DNA of 64,000 nucleotides from Sandaracinaceae bacterium (GTDB lineage Bacteria; Myxococcota_A; Polyangia; Polyangiales; Houyiibacteriaceae): NCBI GenBank assembly GCA_016706685.1, contig JADJJE010000003.1, positions 321,780 to 385,779 of the forward strand, read 5' to 3'. Shown piece by piece: positions 56,474 to 64,000 of this stretch (position 1 is its first letter; each line of letters starts with the position of its first letter). The notes under the pieces were generated by a model. It saw only the letters and a program-made list of their open reading frames with translations, ran no database searches and was not told where the DNA came from. The position numbers and the translations under genes were made by a program.

Positions 56474-57817
56474 TCAATTGCGCTGAGGGCGGAACAACTC
56501 GATGCCGCCCGCCGACGGGCATGCGTCGTCATCCCCCGCGTACGACACAAGGAGCTCGTCGCCGGGCTGCCCATCCACATTGGCGAAGACCACCCCAAAG
56601 GGGGTACAGCCCGCCAGCCGGGCCTCGGGCTCTTGCACCGCGTCGGCAGTGAGCTCTGCGCCTCGGCTGGTGAAGACGTGCAGCGTCCCATCCTCCTCGC
56701 CCGCGACCACCTCGAGCGCGCCATCTCCGTCCAGGTCCCCGGAGCCGATGACCGTGATGGCCATGAGCGGGCGGCCCGTGAACAGCCGGGTGGCCGTGGC
56801 GCTGCCGGGCAGGACGCACTCGAGCACGCCCTCGAGCCCCTCGGCGCCGGGCATCAGCCCGCCCACCAGGACACGCATCCCGTCCGCATGCGGGGCCAGC
56901 GCCACGGCGCGCACCACCCGGTCGCTCGTCAGGCCGGGCAGCGTGCCGAGCGCCAAGCCGGCTTCGGTGGTGCGATACAGCACGTTGGCGCTGCCGACGG
57001 TGTTGGCGGCGGCCACGATCTCGAGCCCCGGGGATACGGGATCCACGTCGGCGATGGCGAGCGAGTCGCCGTGACCCGCGAGGTCGGTCACGGGCCAGAG
57101 CGGCTCGAAGCCGCCCACCACGCCCAGGAGTACGAGCATGCCGCGGGGGCGTCGCGCCGGGTCGGTGCTGCGCTCGAAGGGACGCGGGCCGTCGCTCTCG
57201 GCGATCACGTCCATGCGGCCATCGGCGTTCCAGTCCACCGCCTCGATGGCGCGCGAAGAGAAGGCTCCGATGATGGAGGGCTGCACCACGCCGAGCGGGG
57301 GCCCGTAGACCTCGAAGACGTCCGCGCGGCGCACCAGCACCACCAGCCCGGTGAGGTGCACCGCCAGCGCGAGGTCTTTCACGCCGTCTCCATCAAAGTC
57401 TGCCACGGCCACGTCGCCGTAGTCGTAGGGCAGCGCAGGGAAGGTGAAGCGGGTGGTCTGCTCGAAGCGGCCGTGCCCGTCGCCGAGGAAGATCTGGGGC
57501 ACTTGCGAGGGCGATTTGCGTGCCGGTCCGTGCACCACGTCCAGGTGGCCGTCACCGTCGAAGTCGACGACGGCGAAGCCATGACGCCACTGGCCAGCGC
57601 GCGGCAGGCCGCTGTCCACGCGCTCGAGGGTGAAGCGCGCAGCCGCGGGGGCTGTGGGCTCGGGCGTGACCGACACGCTGGCGGGGTCTGCGGGCGGCGT
57701 GGTCGACCGGCGCGAGAGTAGGGCGCCAGCGCCCACCAACAGCAGCACACCCACCACGCCCGTCAAGAGAGTGCGCGCCGTGACGCGACGGGGGCTCGAG
57801 GGGGTGTTGTCGGTCAT
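56474..57817 (-). CDS. FG-GAP/VCBS repeat (integrin-alpha-like beta-propeller) protein, N-terminal membrane anchor
   Basis: TM helix TLLTGVVGVLLLVGAGALL. Repeated FG-GAP cores: VVDFDGDGHLDVV, VADFDGDGVKDLA, DWNADGRMDVI, GDLDGDGALEVV, ANVDGQPGDELL. Confidence 0.8.
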   Translation of the reverse strand: MTDNTPSSPRRVTARTLLTGVVGVLLLVGAGALLSRRSTTPPADPASVSVTPEPTAPAAARFTLERVDSGLPRAGQWRHGFAVVDFDGDGHLDVVHGPARKSPSQVPQIFLGDGHGRFEQTTRFTFPALPYDYGDVAVADFDGDGVKDLALAVHLTGLVVLVRRADVFEVYGPPLGVVQPSIIGAFSSRAIEAVDWNADGRMDVIAESDGPRPFERSTDPARRPRGMLVLLGVVGGFEPLWPVTDLAGHGDSLAIADVDPVSPGLEIVAAANTVGSANVLYRTTEAGLALGTLPGLTSDRVVRAVALAPHADGMRVLVGGLMPGAEGLEGVLECVLPGSATATRLFTGRPLMAITVIGSGDLDGDGALEVVAGEEDGTLHVFTSRGAELTADAVQEPEARLAGCTPFGVVFANVDGQPGDELLVSYAGDDDACPSAGGIELFRPQRN

Positions 57818-57869
57818 GCGGGGCCGAACCTTGGCACGCGCGCCGAGGGGAGCCAGGCGTCACGAGCGT

Positions 57870-58232
57870 TCACCCCGCGGCGGGCAGCTGGTCGCGCAGC
57901 ACCCCCAAGAAGAACGCGTCGCCACGGAACTCGCTCATCTTGCCGATGCGCTTGCCGTCTCGGTACAGGAAGAACTGCGGGATGCCGTAGAGCCCGAAGC
58001 GCGTGGCCAGGCTGTCGTGCTCGTAGGCGTTCACCTTCACGAGGCGCGCCGGAACGTCGCCCAGCTGCTCGAGGACAGCGGGCAGGCGCGAGGCGAAGAA
58101 CTCGCAGTTGGGACACTGCGGGCCCCAGAAGTAGACCACCACCAGCTCGTCGCGCGGCGTGAGGACCAGGCCGTCGAAGGTCTCGGGGGTGGCGTGGTGC
58201 ACCGGGATCATGGGAACCGAGTAGCAGGCCAT
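57870..58232 (-). CDS. Thioredoxin-fold protein with CPNC active-site variant
   Basis: VVVYFWGPQCPNCEFF plus cis-Pro region YGIPQFFLY. ATG at 58232, or at 58211 (MIPVHH..). No signal peptide seen. Confidence 0.8.
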   Translation of the reverse strand: MACYSVPMIPVHHATPETFDGLVLTPRDELVVVYFWGPQCPNCEFFASRLPAVLEQLGDVPARLVKVNAYEHDSLATRFGLYGIPQFFLYRDGKRIGKMSEFRGDAFFLGVLRDQLPAAG

Positions 58233-58256
58233 CGAGGCAGTCGCCCGCCATGTCCT

Positions 58257-58946
58257 TCAATCCGTGCGGTTGACGACCGGGGCGAGGCACCCGTCCTCCA
58301 TCCACAGCCGCCTGGTGCCGAACACGCGCAGCCTCGGGTCGTGCGTGGCGATCACGACACCCACGCCCTTCGTGTGCGCCATCTGCGCGAGCGCCTCACC
58401 CACGGCGCGTCCGGAAGCACTGTCGAGGCTCGCGGTGGGCTCGTCCGCGAGCACGAGCGCTGGCCCGTGCACGAGCGCTCTCGCGACGGCCACGCGTTGC
58501 TCTTCACCCCCCGAGAGCGCGTGGGGTCTCCGATGGGCGAGGTGTGGGATGCCTAGCTCTTCGAAGAGAGCGTCGGTCGCAGCCAGCGCCGCGGCCCGCT
58601 CACGCCCCGCGATCAGCGCCCCGAGCAAGACGTTGTCGCGCGCCGAGAGCGCGCTGAGTAGGTTCGGATGCTGGAACACGAAGCCGACAGCGCGCGCTCG
58701 ATGCGCCCGCCTGCGCGACGCGGAGAGCGTGACGACACGTTCTCCCGCGAGCAGGACGTCACCCTGATCCGGAGACAGGAGCCCCGCAGAGACCGTGAGC
58801 AACGTGGTCTTGCCGGACCCGCTCGGTCCTTCGACGAGCACCACTTCGCCGGGTCGAACGACGAGGTCTACGCCCGAGAGGGCCTGAACCGCATGCTCGC
58901 CGGTACCGCGGGCGCGGCTGACACGATGAAGCTCGAGAATGCTCAT
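58257..58946 (-). CDS. ABC transporter ATP-binding protein (MacB/LolD/FtsE type)
   Basis: ATG at 58946 (ATGA overlap). Walker A GPSGSGKTTLL, Q-loop, signature LSGGEEQRVAVARAL, Walker B LVLADEPT. Confidence 0.9.
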   Translation of the reverse strand: MSILELHRVSRARGTGEHAVQALSGVDLVVRPGEVVLVEGPSGSGKTTLLTVSAGLLSPDQGDVLLAGERVVTLSASRRRAHRARAVGFVFQHPNLLSALSARDNVLLGALIAGRERAAALAATDALFEELGIPHLAHRRPHALSGGEEQRVAVARALVHGPALVLADEPTASLDSASGRAVGEALAQMAHTKGVGVVIATHDPRLRVFGTRRLWMEDGCLAPVVNRTD

Positions 58947-60061
58947 GCGCGGAAGGCCTCCACAGGGTCGATTCGTCGGAGACGCACCAAGGGCGCGTAC
59001 GCGGATGCGAGCGCGGCGACACACAGCACGAGGACGATCGTGAGCACGTCGTGCGCATGGATGACCAACCCCACCGTGGGGAACCAGCGCGCGAGCGCGC
59101 TGCGAAACGCGCACGAGAGCAGGGCGCCCAACGCGCCACCAACCATGACGAGCACGATGGCGTGCGTGAGCACCGAGAGGGTGACGCGTGTGATGGGCGC
59201 ACCGAGCGCGAGGAGCACGGCGATGTCGCGCGCGCGATCGTCGACGACCGCGTGGATCAAGAGCGAGACGAGCACGGCCGCCGCAGCCATGCCGACGACG
59301 CAGACGATGAGGAGCAGCGGACGAAACCCTGCGGCCACCTCGCGGACGTTGCGCTCGACGAACTGCTCTCGTGCATAGACGGAGACGCCCGGGAGCCGTG
59401 CTTCGAGCTCGCGGGCGACCGCGTCCCGGTCCGCGTCGCGCACGAGCTGAACGGCGACGAACGAGACGCGCTCGCCGAAACCACTCGCGCCAGACGCGCT
59501 CTCTCGCGTCAAGAAGGCGAACTGGGTCGCGAGCAGGTTGGTCTCGTCGGAGATGCCCACGACCCGCGTCTCGACGCCGTTGAGCTGCACACGTCCGCCG
59601 ACGTCGACCCCGAGCTGGAACGCGGACGCGCGGTCGAGCACGACCTCTCGATCACGGCGTGGCGCGCGCCCCTCCGTGATCCGGGGCGGGCCACCGAGTC
59701 CAGTCGGTGCCTCGTAGCCGAGCACGAGCAACGAGAGCGGAGCCCGGTCGTCCGAAGCATGGTGCGCCGAGACGAAGCTGCGCAGCAGTGGGTCTGCCCG
59801 CCGCACACCGGGTACCGCGCGTGCGGCACCCAACGTCCCCTCGTCGAGGAGCGCCGACGACCGGATGAGATTGTCGGTCCCCAACGGCGCGATCCAGAGA
59901 TCGATCCCCGGCTGACCCACATACGACTCGACCGCGGACGTCAGGTTCCGGTAGCTGGCAACGAGCACCACCACGAGCAACGCGCTCGTGGCAACGCCCG
60001 AAGCGGCGAGGAGCGAACGCCGCCAAGCGCTCGCGAGCGCACGATAGAGGAGTGGGTTCAT
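58943..60061 (-). CDS. ABC transporter permease, FtsX/MacB-like (4 TM with large extracytoplasmic domain)
   Basis: ATG at 60061 (ATGA overlap). N-terminal TM, a periplasmic domain of about 220 aa, and a C-terminal FtsX-type 3-TM bundle (..DIAVLLALGAPITRV..RRIDPVEAFRA). Confidence 0.85.
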   Translation of the reverse strand: MNPLLYRALASAWRRSLLAASGVATSALLVVVLVASYRNLTSAVESYVGQPGIDLWIAPLGTDNLIRSSALLDEGTLGAARAVPGVRRADPLLRSFVSAHHASDDRAPLSLLVLGYEAPTGLGGPPRITEGRAPRRDREVVLDRASAFQLGVDVGGRVQLNGVETRVVGISDETNLLATQFAFLTRESASGASGFGERVSFVAVQLVRDADRDAVARELEARLPGVSVYAREQFVERNVREVAAGFRPLLLIVCVVGMAAAAVLVSLLIHAVVDDRARDIAVLLALGAPITRVTLSVLTHAIVLVMVGGALGALLSCAFRSALARWFPTVGLVIHAHDVLTIVLVLCVAALASAYAPLVRLRRIDPVEAFRA

Positions 60062-61131
60062 ACGAGAGCCATGTCGAAGCTGAGGGGACGCGGGCCAACG
60101 CGGAGAGGTACGGCAGCAGCGCTCCGCACGGTGTAGAGGTCGAAGTCGACGTGGGTGGTGACGAGCCCGCCCAGGGCGGCGGAGAGGGGATGGCGCACGT
60201 CGAGCGCGAGATCGAGATAGAGGTGCGCATGGCGCTCGCGTTCCCGGAGCAGCGAGACGAGCAGTCCGCGCAGATCTTCCGCACACTCTGCAGCGAACAG
60301 CGTCACATAGCCGAACGGCACGAGGTCCCCGTCACGCGGCATCGGGGCCACGCCCGCCATGCGCGCACCGATGCGATGCACCTGCCGCGCGAGGGCAAGT
60401 GATGGGCCGAGGCCGAGCAGACGCACACGTTTGATCGCGCTCGCATCCCAGACGGCACCGAACGCGGTCATTCGTCCTCGACGCTCGATGACGTGGAAGT
60501 CGTCGATGGCGAGGCCCATCGCGCGCATGCGCGCCCGCAGCGAATTCTCGCTCCACACGCAGGCGAGATCGCTCACCGCGCCGGTGCGATTCGAGAGCGC
60601 GACCATCTCCGGGATGTCGCTCTCGGTGGCCCTTCGCATGCCGGACACGCGGCAGCCGCGATGAGCGAAGTAGACGGAGTAGTTGCGTATCGTCGCGGCG
60701 CGCTCGAAACGGAGCGCAGACGTGCGGCTCTCGACGATCCTCGACATCGAGCGGTTTCCCCCGAGCACGAGAGCGATCCCGAAGTCCGCCCCCGTGGCTT
60801 CGAGCCTGCCACGCGCCGCGTCGAGCAGCTCGCCGGCGAAGCGCTTGCCTCGGTGATGCGGGTCGATCTTGAGGTCGCCGAGATAGGAGATGCGGCGTGG
60901 CTCGGTCCCCACGGTTCGTACCAGCGGCGCGTGCGTGCCCATCGCCGCGATCTCACCTCCACCCGGCGCATCGATGGCCAGGACCTCGGCCGCCGTGCCC
61001 TGCAGCCGCGTGAGCGCAAAGAAGTCTGGGTCGCGCTCTAGGCAGTAGCGCACCGACCCAGCCATCGGCGCGCGACGCGCTAGACGACAGAGTGCAGCGT
61101 TGTCGGCTTCGGTGGCGACGCGCACGGTCAT
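60058..61131 (-). CDS. GNAT family N-acetyltransferase-like protein (two GNAT-like halves), first gene of the cluster
   Basis: 357 aa. VRVATEADNAALCRL, YLGDLKIDPHHRGKRFAGELL (acetyl-CoA motif A-like), second half RRATESDIPEMVAL. Confidence 0.65.
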   Translation of the reverse strand: MTVRVATEADNAALCRLARRAPMAGSVRYCLERDPDFFALTRLQGTAAEVLAIDAPGGGEIAAMGTHAPLVRTVGTEPRRISYLGDLKIDPHHRGKRFAGELLDAARGRLEATGADFGIALVLGGNRSMSRIVESRTSALRFERAATIRNYSVYFAHRGCRVSGMRRATESDIPEMVALSNRTGAVSDLACVWSENSLRARMRAMGLAIDDFHVIERRGRMTAFGAVWDASAIKRVRLLGLGPSLALARQVHRIGARMAGVAPMPRDGDLVPFGYVTLFAAECAEDLRGLLVSLLRERERHAHLYLDLALDVRHPLSAALGGLVTTHVDFDLYTVRSAAAVPLRVGPRPLSFDMALV

Positions 61132-61299
61132 CGGAGGCTGCCTTCCGGACCGCGATTGTTCTTGATGGCATCGAGCGAACGCATTCGAGAGACCTCAGCT
61201 GCATCGCGCCTATGCAGTGGTCGTGCCACGGACCACGCAGCCCGTTCGTCCGGGAACACCGGTACGTTCGGCTCAGACGCGCAGAACGTGGGCAATGAG

Positions 61300-61317
61300 C
61301 TGCACACATGCGTGCAG
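61300..61317. promoter_or_regulatory. Inverted repeat CTGCAC-acatgc-GTGCAG (third TGCAC copy at 61323..61327) in a divergent promoter region
   Basis: Seen by eye in the 247-nt intergenic region between the GNAT-led cluster and the SDR gene. Confidence 0.25.
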
Positions 61318-61378
61318 ACGCCTGCACTCGGTGAGTGAGGTGTTGCAGCGAACCTCGCCACGTCCCAGGCTGTGCCCC

Positions 61379-62299
61379 ATGTCGTTGGTGTCCATGATCA
61401 AAGGTCGGAGCGGCGCGAGCGGCTTCGGGTATGCGTCCACGGCCGAAGAGGTCACCCAGGGGCTCGACCTCTCGGGGAAGACGGTGCTCATCACCGGCGT
61501 GGGCTCGGGGCTCGGGGCCGAGAGCGCGCGCGTGCTGGCCATGCGTGGGGCCCGCGTGCTGGGCGCGGCCCGCACCAAGGACAAGGCCGCGGAGGCGTGC
61601 CGCTCGCTGGGCAACGGGGCCATCCCGCTCGCGTGTGAGCTGTCGGACCCCGCGTCGGTGCGCGCGTGCGTGGCCGAGGTGGTGCAGCTGGGCATCCCGG
61701 TGGACGTGCTGCTGTGCAACGCGGGCGTCATGGCGCTGCCCAAGCGCGAGGTGCTGCACGGCCAGGAGCTGCAGTTCCTGACCAACCACATCGGGCACTT
61801 CATCTTGGTCACGGGGCTGCTGGGCTCGCTCACGGAGCGCGGCCGCGTGGTCATGCTGTCGAGCGGCGCGCATCACCGCGCGCCCGAGGTGGGCATCGAC
61901 TTCGACGACCTCACACTGCAGAAGAGCTACAGCCCGTGGGGCGCCTACGGGCAGTCGAAGCTGGCCAACCTGCTGTTCGCCAAGTCGCTCGCCAAGCGCC
62001 TGTCGGGCACCAGCCAGACCGCCAACGCGGTGCACCCGGGCGTGATCGCCACCAACCTCTGGCGGCACATGAACGTGGTGGCGCGCGTGGCGGCTCCCGT
62101 GGCGGCTGCGGTGGCGATGAAGAACATGGAGCAGGGGGCGGCCACGCAGTGCTACGTGGCCACGCATCCCTCGCTCGCGAGCGTGAGCGGCGAGTACTTC
62201 GCGGACTGCAACATCGAGAAGGCCTCGCGCCACGCGCGCAACGAGGCCATGGCCGAGCGGCTCTGGCAGGTCACCGAAGAGATCGTCGCGAAGCTGTAG
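61379..62299 (+). CDS. SDR family oxidoreductase (retinol dehydrogenase/WWOX-like subgroup)
   Basis: ATG at 61379. KTVLITGVGSGLG, CNAG and YGQSK (YxxxK) motifs. Confidence 0.85.
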   Translation: MSLVSMIKGRSGASGFGYASTAEEVTQGLDLSGKTVLITGVGSGLGAESARVLAMRGARVLGAARTKDKAAEACRSLGNGAIPLACELSDPASVRACVAEVVQLGIPVDVLLCNAGVMALPKREVLHGQELQFLTNHIGHFILVTGLLGSLTERGRVVMLSSGAHHRAPEVGIDFDDLTLQKSYSPWGAYGQSKLANLLFAKSLAKRLSGTSQTANAVHPGVIATNLWRHMNVVARVAAPVAAAVAMKNMEQGAATQCYVATHPSLASVSGEYFADCNIEKASRHARNEAMAERLWQVTEEIVAKL

Positions 62300-62323
62300 C
62301 GCGAGCTGCGCACTCCCAGCGGG

Positions 62324-63085
62324 CTAGCGCTTGGCAGGCTTGGGCTTCAGCAAGCCCAGCGCGGCCAGGTGGAGGATGAGCTGCACGAGCTCCACCGCCG
62401 ACACGCGCACGTCGTGTGCCCGGCGCTGCGGCCCGCGCACCCAGCCCTCTTCGTGCCAGTGGTTGGCCAGCCCCGGGGCGCGCTCGCCCAGGATGGTGAG
62501 CGCCACTCCGCCGCTGGTGAGCCGCAGGTAGGCCCCGGCGTCGTGGTCCACCACTTCGTTCTCGTGCGAGAGGCCCGGCGGCGCGGGGCGGCGTTGGATG
62601 CGTCGGCCACTCTCCACGCTCGCTGGCAGGGTGAGCACGCGCTGGCCCACGCCGAACACGCCGCGCAGGACCAGCCGCTGCCCGTCCACGTGCAGCTGCG
62701 TGCGCAGCTTGCCCTGCGCCTCGAGCACGATGAGAAGGCCGAGCGCCACCGCGGTAATCCCAAGAGGCCCCAGCGCGAGGGGCGGCACCGGCGTGCGCCA
62801 CGCCATGACGCCCAGCAGGCCTAGAAACCACAGCAGCACCACCGCGACCACGGCCTTCCAGGTGCGCCCGTCGGAACCGCTGAGGGTGAACGCCTGGGTG
62901 CCCGGACCAGGCTGCATGCTGACGGGCACGTCGTGCACCTTGTGCAGGTGCCCCGCCAGGTTGGGGGCGTTCACCACGCTGCCGCAGCCCGGGCAGGGGA
63001 GCGCGCTCGCGGGGTGCGCCGCAGCGAGCGAGAGAGCCGCTGGCACCACGGCGAGCAGCGACGGGGAGGCGCTCGGGGCCGTCAC
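62324..63085 (-). CDS. Membrane protein with C2H2-like CPGC..H..H motif, translationally coupled to the ECF sigma factor (candidate anti-sigma/partner)
   Basis: GTG 63085 overlaps the sigma stop (GTGA). CPGCGSVVNAPNLAGHLHKVH at 62933..62995. Two TM helices (WKAVVAVVLLWFLGLLGVMAW, LGPLGITAVALGLLIVL). C-terminal domain of about 130 aa. Confidence 0.55.
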   Translation of the reverse strand: MTAPSASPSLLAVVPAALSLAAAHPASALPCPGCGSVVNAPNLAGHLHKVHDVPVSMQPGPGTQAFTLSGSDGRTWKAVVAVVLLWFLGLLGVMAWRTPVPPLALGPLGITAVALGLLIVLEAQGKLRTQLHVDGQRLVLRGVFGVGQRVLTLPASVESGRRIQRRPAPPGLSHENEVVDHDAGAYLRLTSGGVALTILGERAPGLANHWHEEGWVRGPQRRAHDVRVSAVELVQLILHLAALGLLKPKPAKR

Positions 63086-64000
63086 GCGGGGCTCCGCAGC
63101 TGCAGGGTGAGGCGGGCCAAGAAGGCCGCGTCGGCGCTCGGGTCGGAGTCGGCCGCCAGTAGTAGCGCGCCCAGCGTGGCGCTCGCATCCTGCTGCGGAG
63201 CGGCCGAGGCAGAGGCCTCGCGCGAGGGTGCAGGCGGCGACGCAGACGGGACGCCGCGGAGGCCATCGAAGAGGCGCGTGAGCCCGACCCACACTCCCGC
63301 TCCGCGAGCCGGTGCGCCTGCGCTGAGAGGAGGTGCCACCGGTCCGCTGGGCGCGCCCGTGGGCCGCGCGCTCGGTGCAGGAGCGGGCGCGGGCGGTGCA
63401 TAGGCAGCTGGCGGAGCCACCTGCGCGCTCTCGGGCGCTGCAGCCCGCGGAGGAGGCGGCATAGGCGCGGGCTGCGCGAGCGGAGCCCCAGGGGCAGCGG
63501 GCGCACCAAACGACGGGAGCGCCCCCGAGTAGGCTGGCGCCGCAGCGCCCACCCCGAGCGCGGGGCCTTCGATGGCGTCGCGCATCTTGGTGAGCGCGCG
63601 CCCCACACGCATTCGTACGGCCCCAGACTTCACCCCGAAGCTCTCCGCGATCTCGTCGAACGACAGCCCGTGCGCGAAGCGCAGCAGCACCATGGCGCGC
63701 TCGCCCTCACTGAGCACGGCCAGCCCCTCGCGGATGTCGGCGCGGCGGGCCATCAGGTCGCTCACCAGCACCTCCTCGGTGTCGGCCACCAGCGGCTCGC
63801 GAACGTCGTCCTCGCGCCCGAGGGACCACGGCTGGCGCGCGCTGCGCCGCAGGTGATCGAGGCAGCGGTGCCGCGCGATGGTGAGCAGCCAGGTGCGCGC
63901 CGACGCTTCGCCGCGAAACTCCGGCAGCGCGAGGAAAGCCTTGCCGAACGCGTCCTGCGCCAGGTCCTCGGCGGTGCCGCGGTCACGCACGATGGTGGTG
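63082..64000 (-). CDS. ECF (sigma-70 family) RNA polymerase sigma factor with ~160-aa Pro/Ala-rich C-terminal extension; 5' end beyond the window
   Basis: Region 2 (..AEDLAQDAFGKAF..WLLTIARHRCLDHLR) and region 4 (LSEGERAMVLLRFAHGLSFDEIAESFGVKSGAVRMRVGRAL). The frame stays open to position 64000. The extension lies at 63085..63567. Confidence 0.82.
   Translation of the reverse strand, partial: TTIVRDRGTAEDLAQDAFGKAFLALPEFRGEASARTWLLTIARHRCLDHLRRSARQPWSLGREDDVREPLVADTEEVLVSDLMARRADIREGLAVLSEGERAMVLLRFAHGLSFDEIAESFGVKSGAVRMRVGRALTKMRDAIEGPALGVGAAAPAYSGALPSFGAPAAPGAPLAQPAPMPPPPRAAAPESAQVAPPAAYAPPAPAPAPSARPTGAPSGPVAPPLSAGAPARGAGVWVGLTRLFDGLRGVPSASPPAPSREASASAAPQQDASATLGALLLAADSDPSADAAFLARLTLQLRSPA

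Overview
Very GC-rich window (I estimate about 70% GC by eye, not computed). It is almost fully coding: about 63 protein genes and one tRNA-Leu(CAG). I saw no CRISPR array, transposase, integrase or prophage signature. Two C-terminal tails of the MYXO-CTERM type (GCGCS..TM..RRRR) and many lipobox lipoproteins point to a myxobacterial (Myxococcota) chromosome. Housekeeping genes are scattered through the window: grpE, ruvA, dnaK, a uvrD/pcrA-type helicase, mgtE, kup, ruvC and an M16 peptidase pair. They sit among accessory envelope modules.

Main units:
1. A type IV pilus minor-pilin/PilY1 operon (2216-9445, minus strand).
2. A tightly coupled plus-strand operon around an HTTM (vitamin-K-carboxylase-like) membrane protein (20889-26147).
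3. An MbnP/MbnH copper 'metallo-mystery' pair (35061-37104).
4. A membrane protein with three Tudor-like repeats (17497-18384).
5. A ten-gene, translationally coupled minus-strand cluster of mostly uncharacterised envelope proteins (50656-61131). This is my best candidate for an undescribed system. It runs GNAT, MacB-type ABC, thioredoxin, FG-GAP, a 789-aa internally duplicated secreted protein, a stand-alone P-domain/Calx-beta MYXO-CTERM protein, then two paralogous beta-rich proteins sandwiching a PLC-like protein.

Caveat: at least four genes (pilW, dnaK, an alpha/beta hydrolase and a small membrane protein) change reading frame at or near short G/C runs. Essential-looking dnaK is among them, so I read these as probable assembly indels rather than biology. 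This needs read-level checking. The very long antisense and off-frame ORFs in the track are high-GC artefacts. I chose frames by recognisable protein motifs, third-position GC and start/stop overlaps (ATGA/GTGA). All family assignments come from motif recognition by eye; no searches were run.
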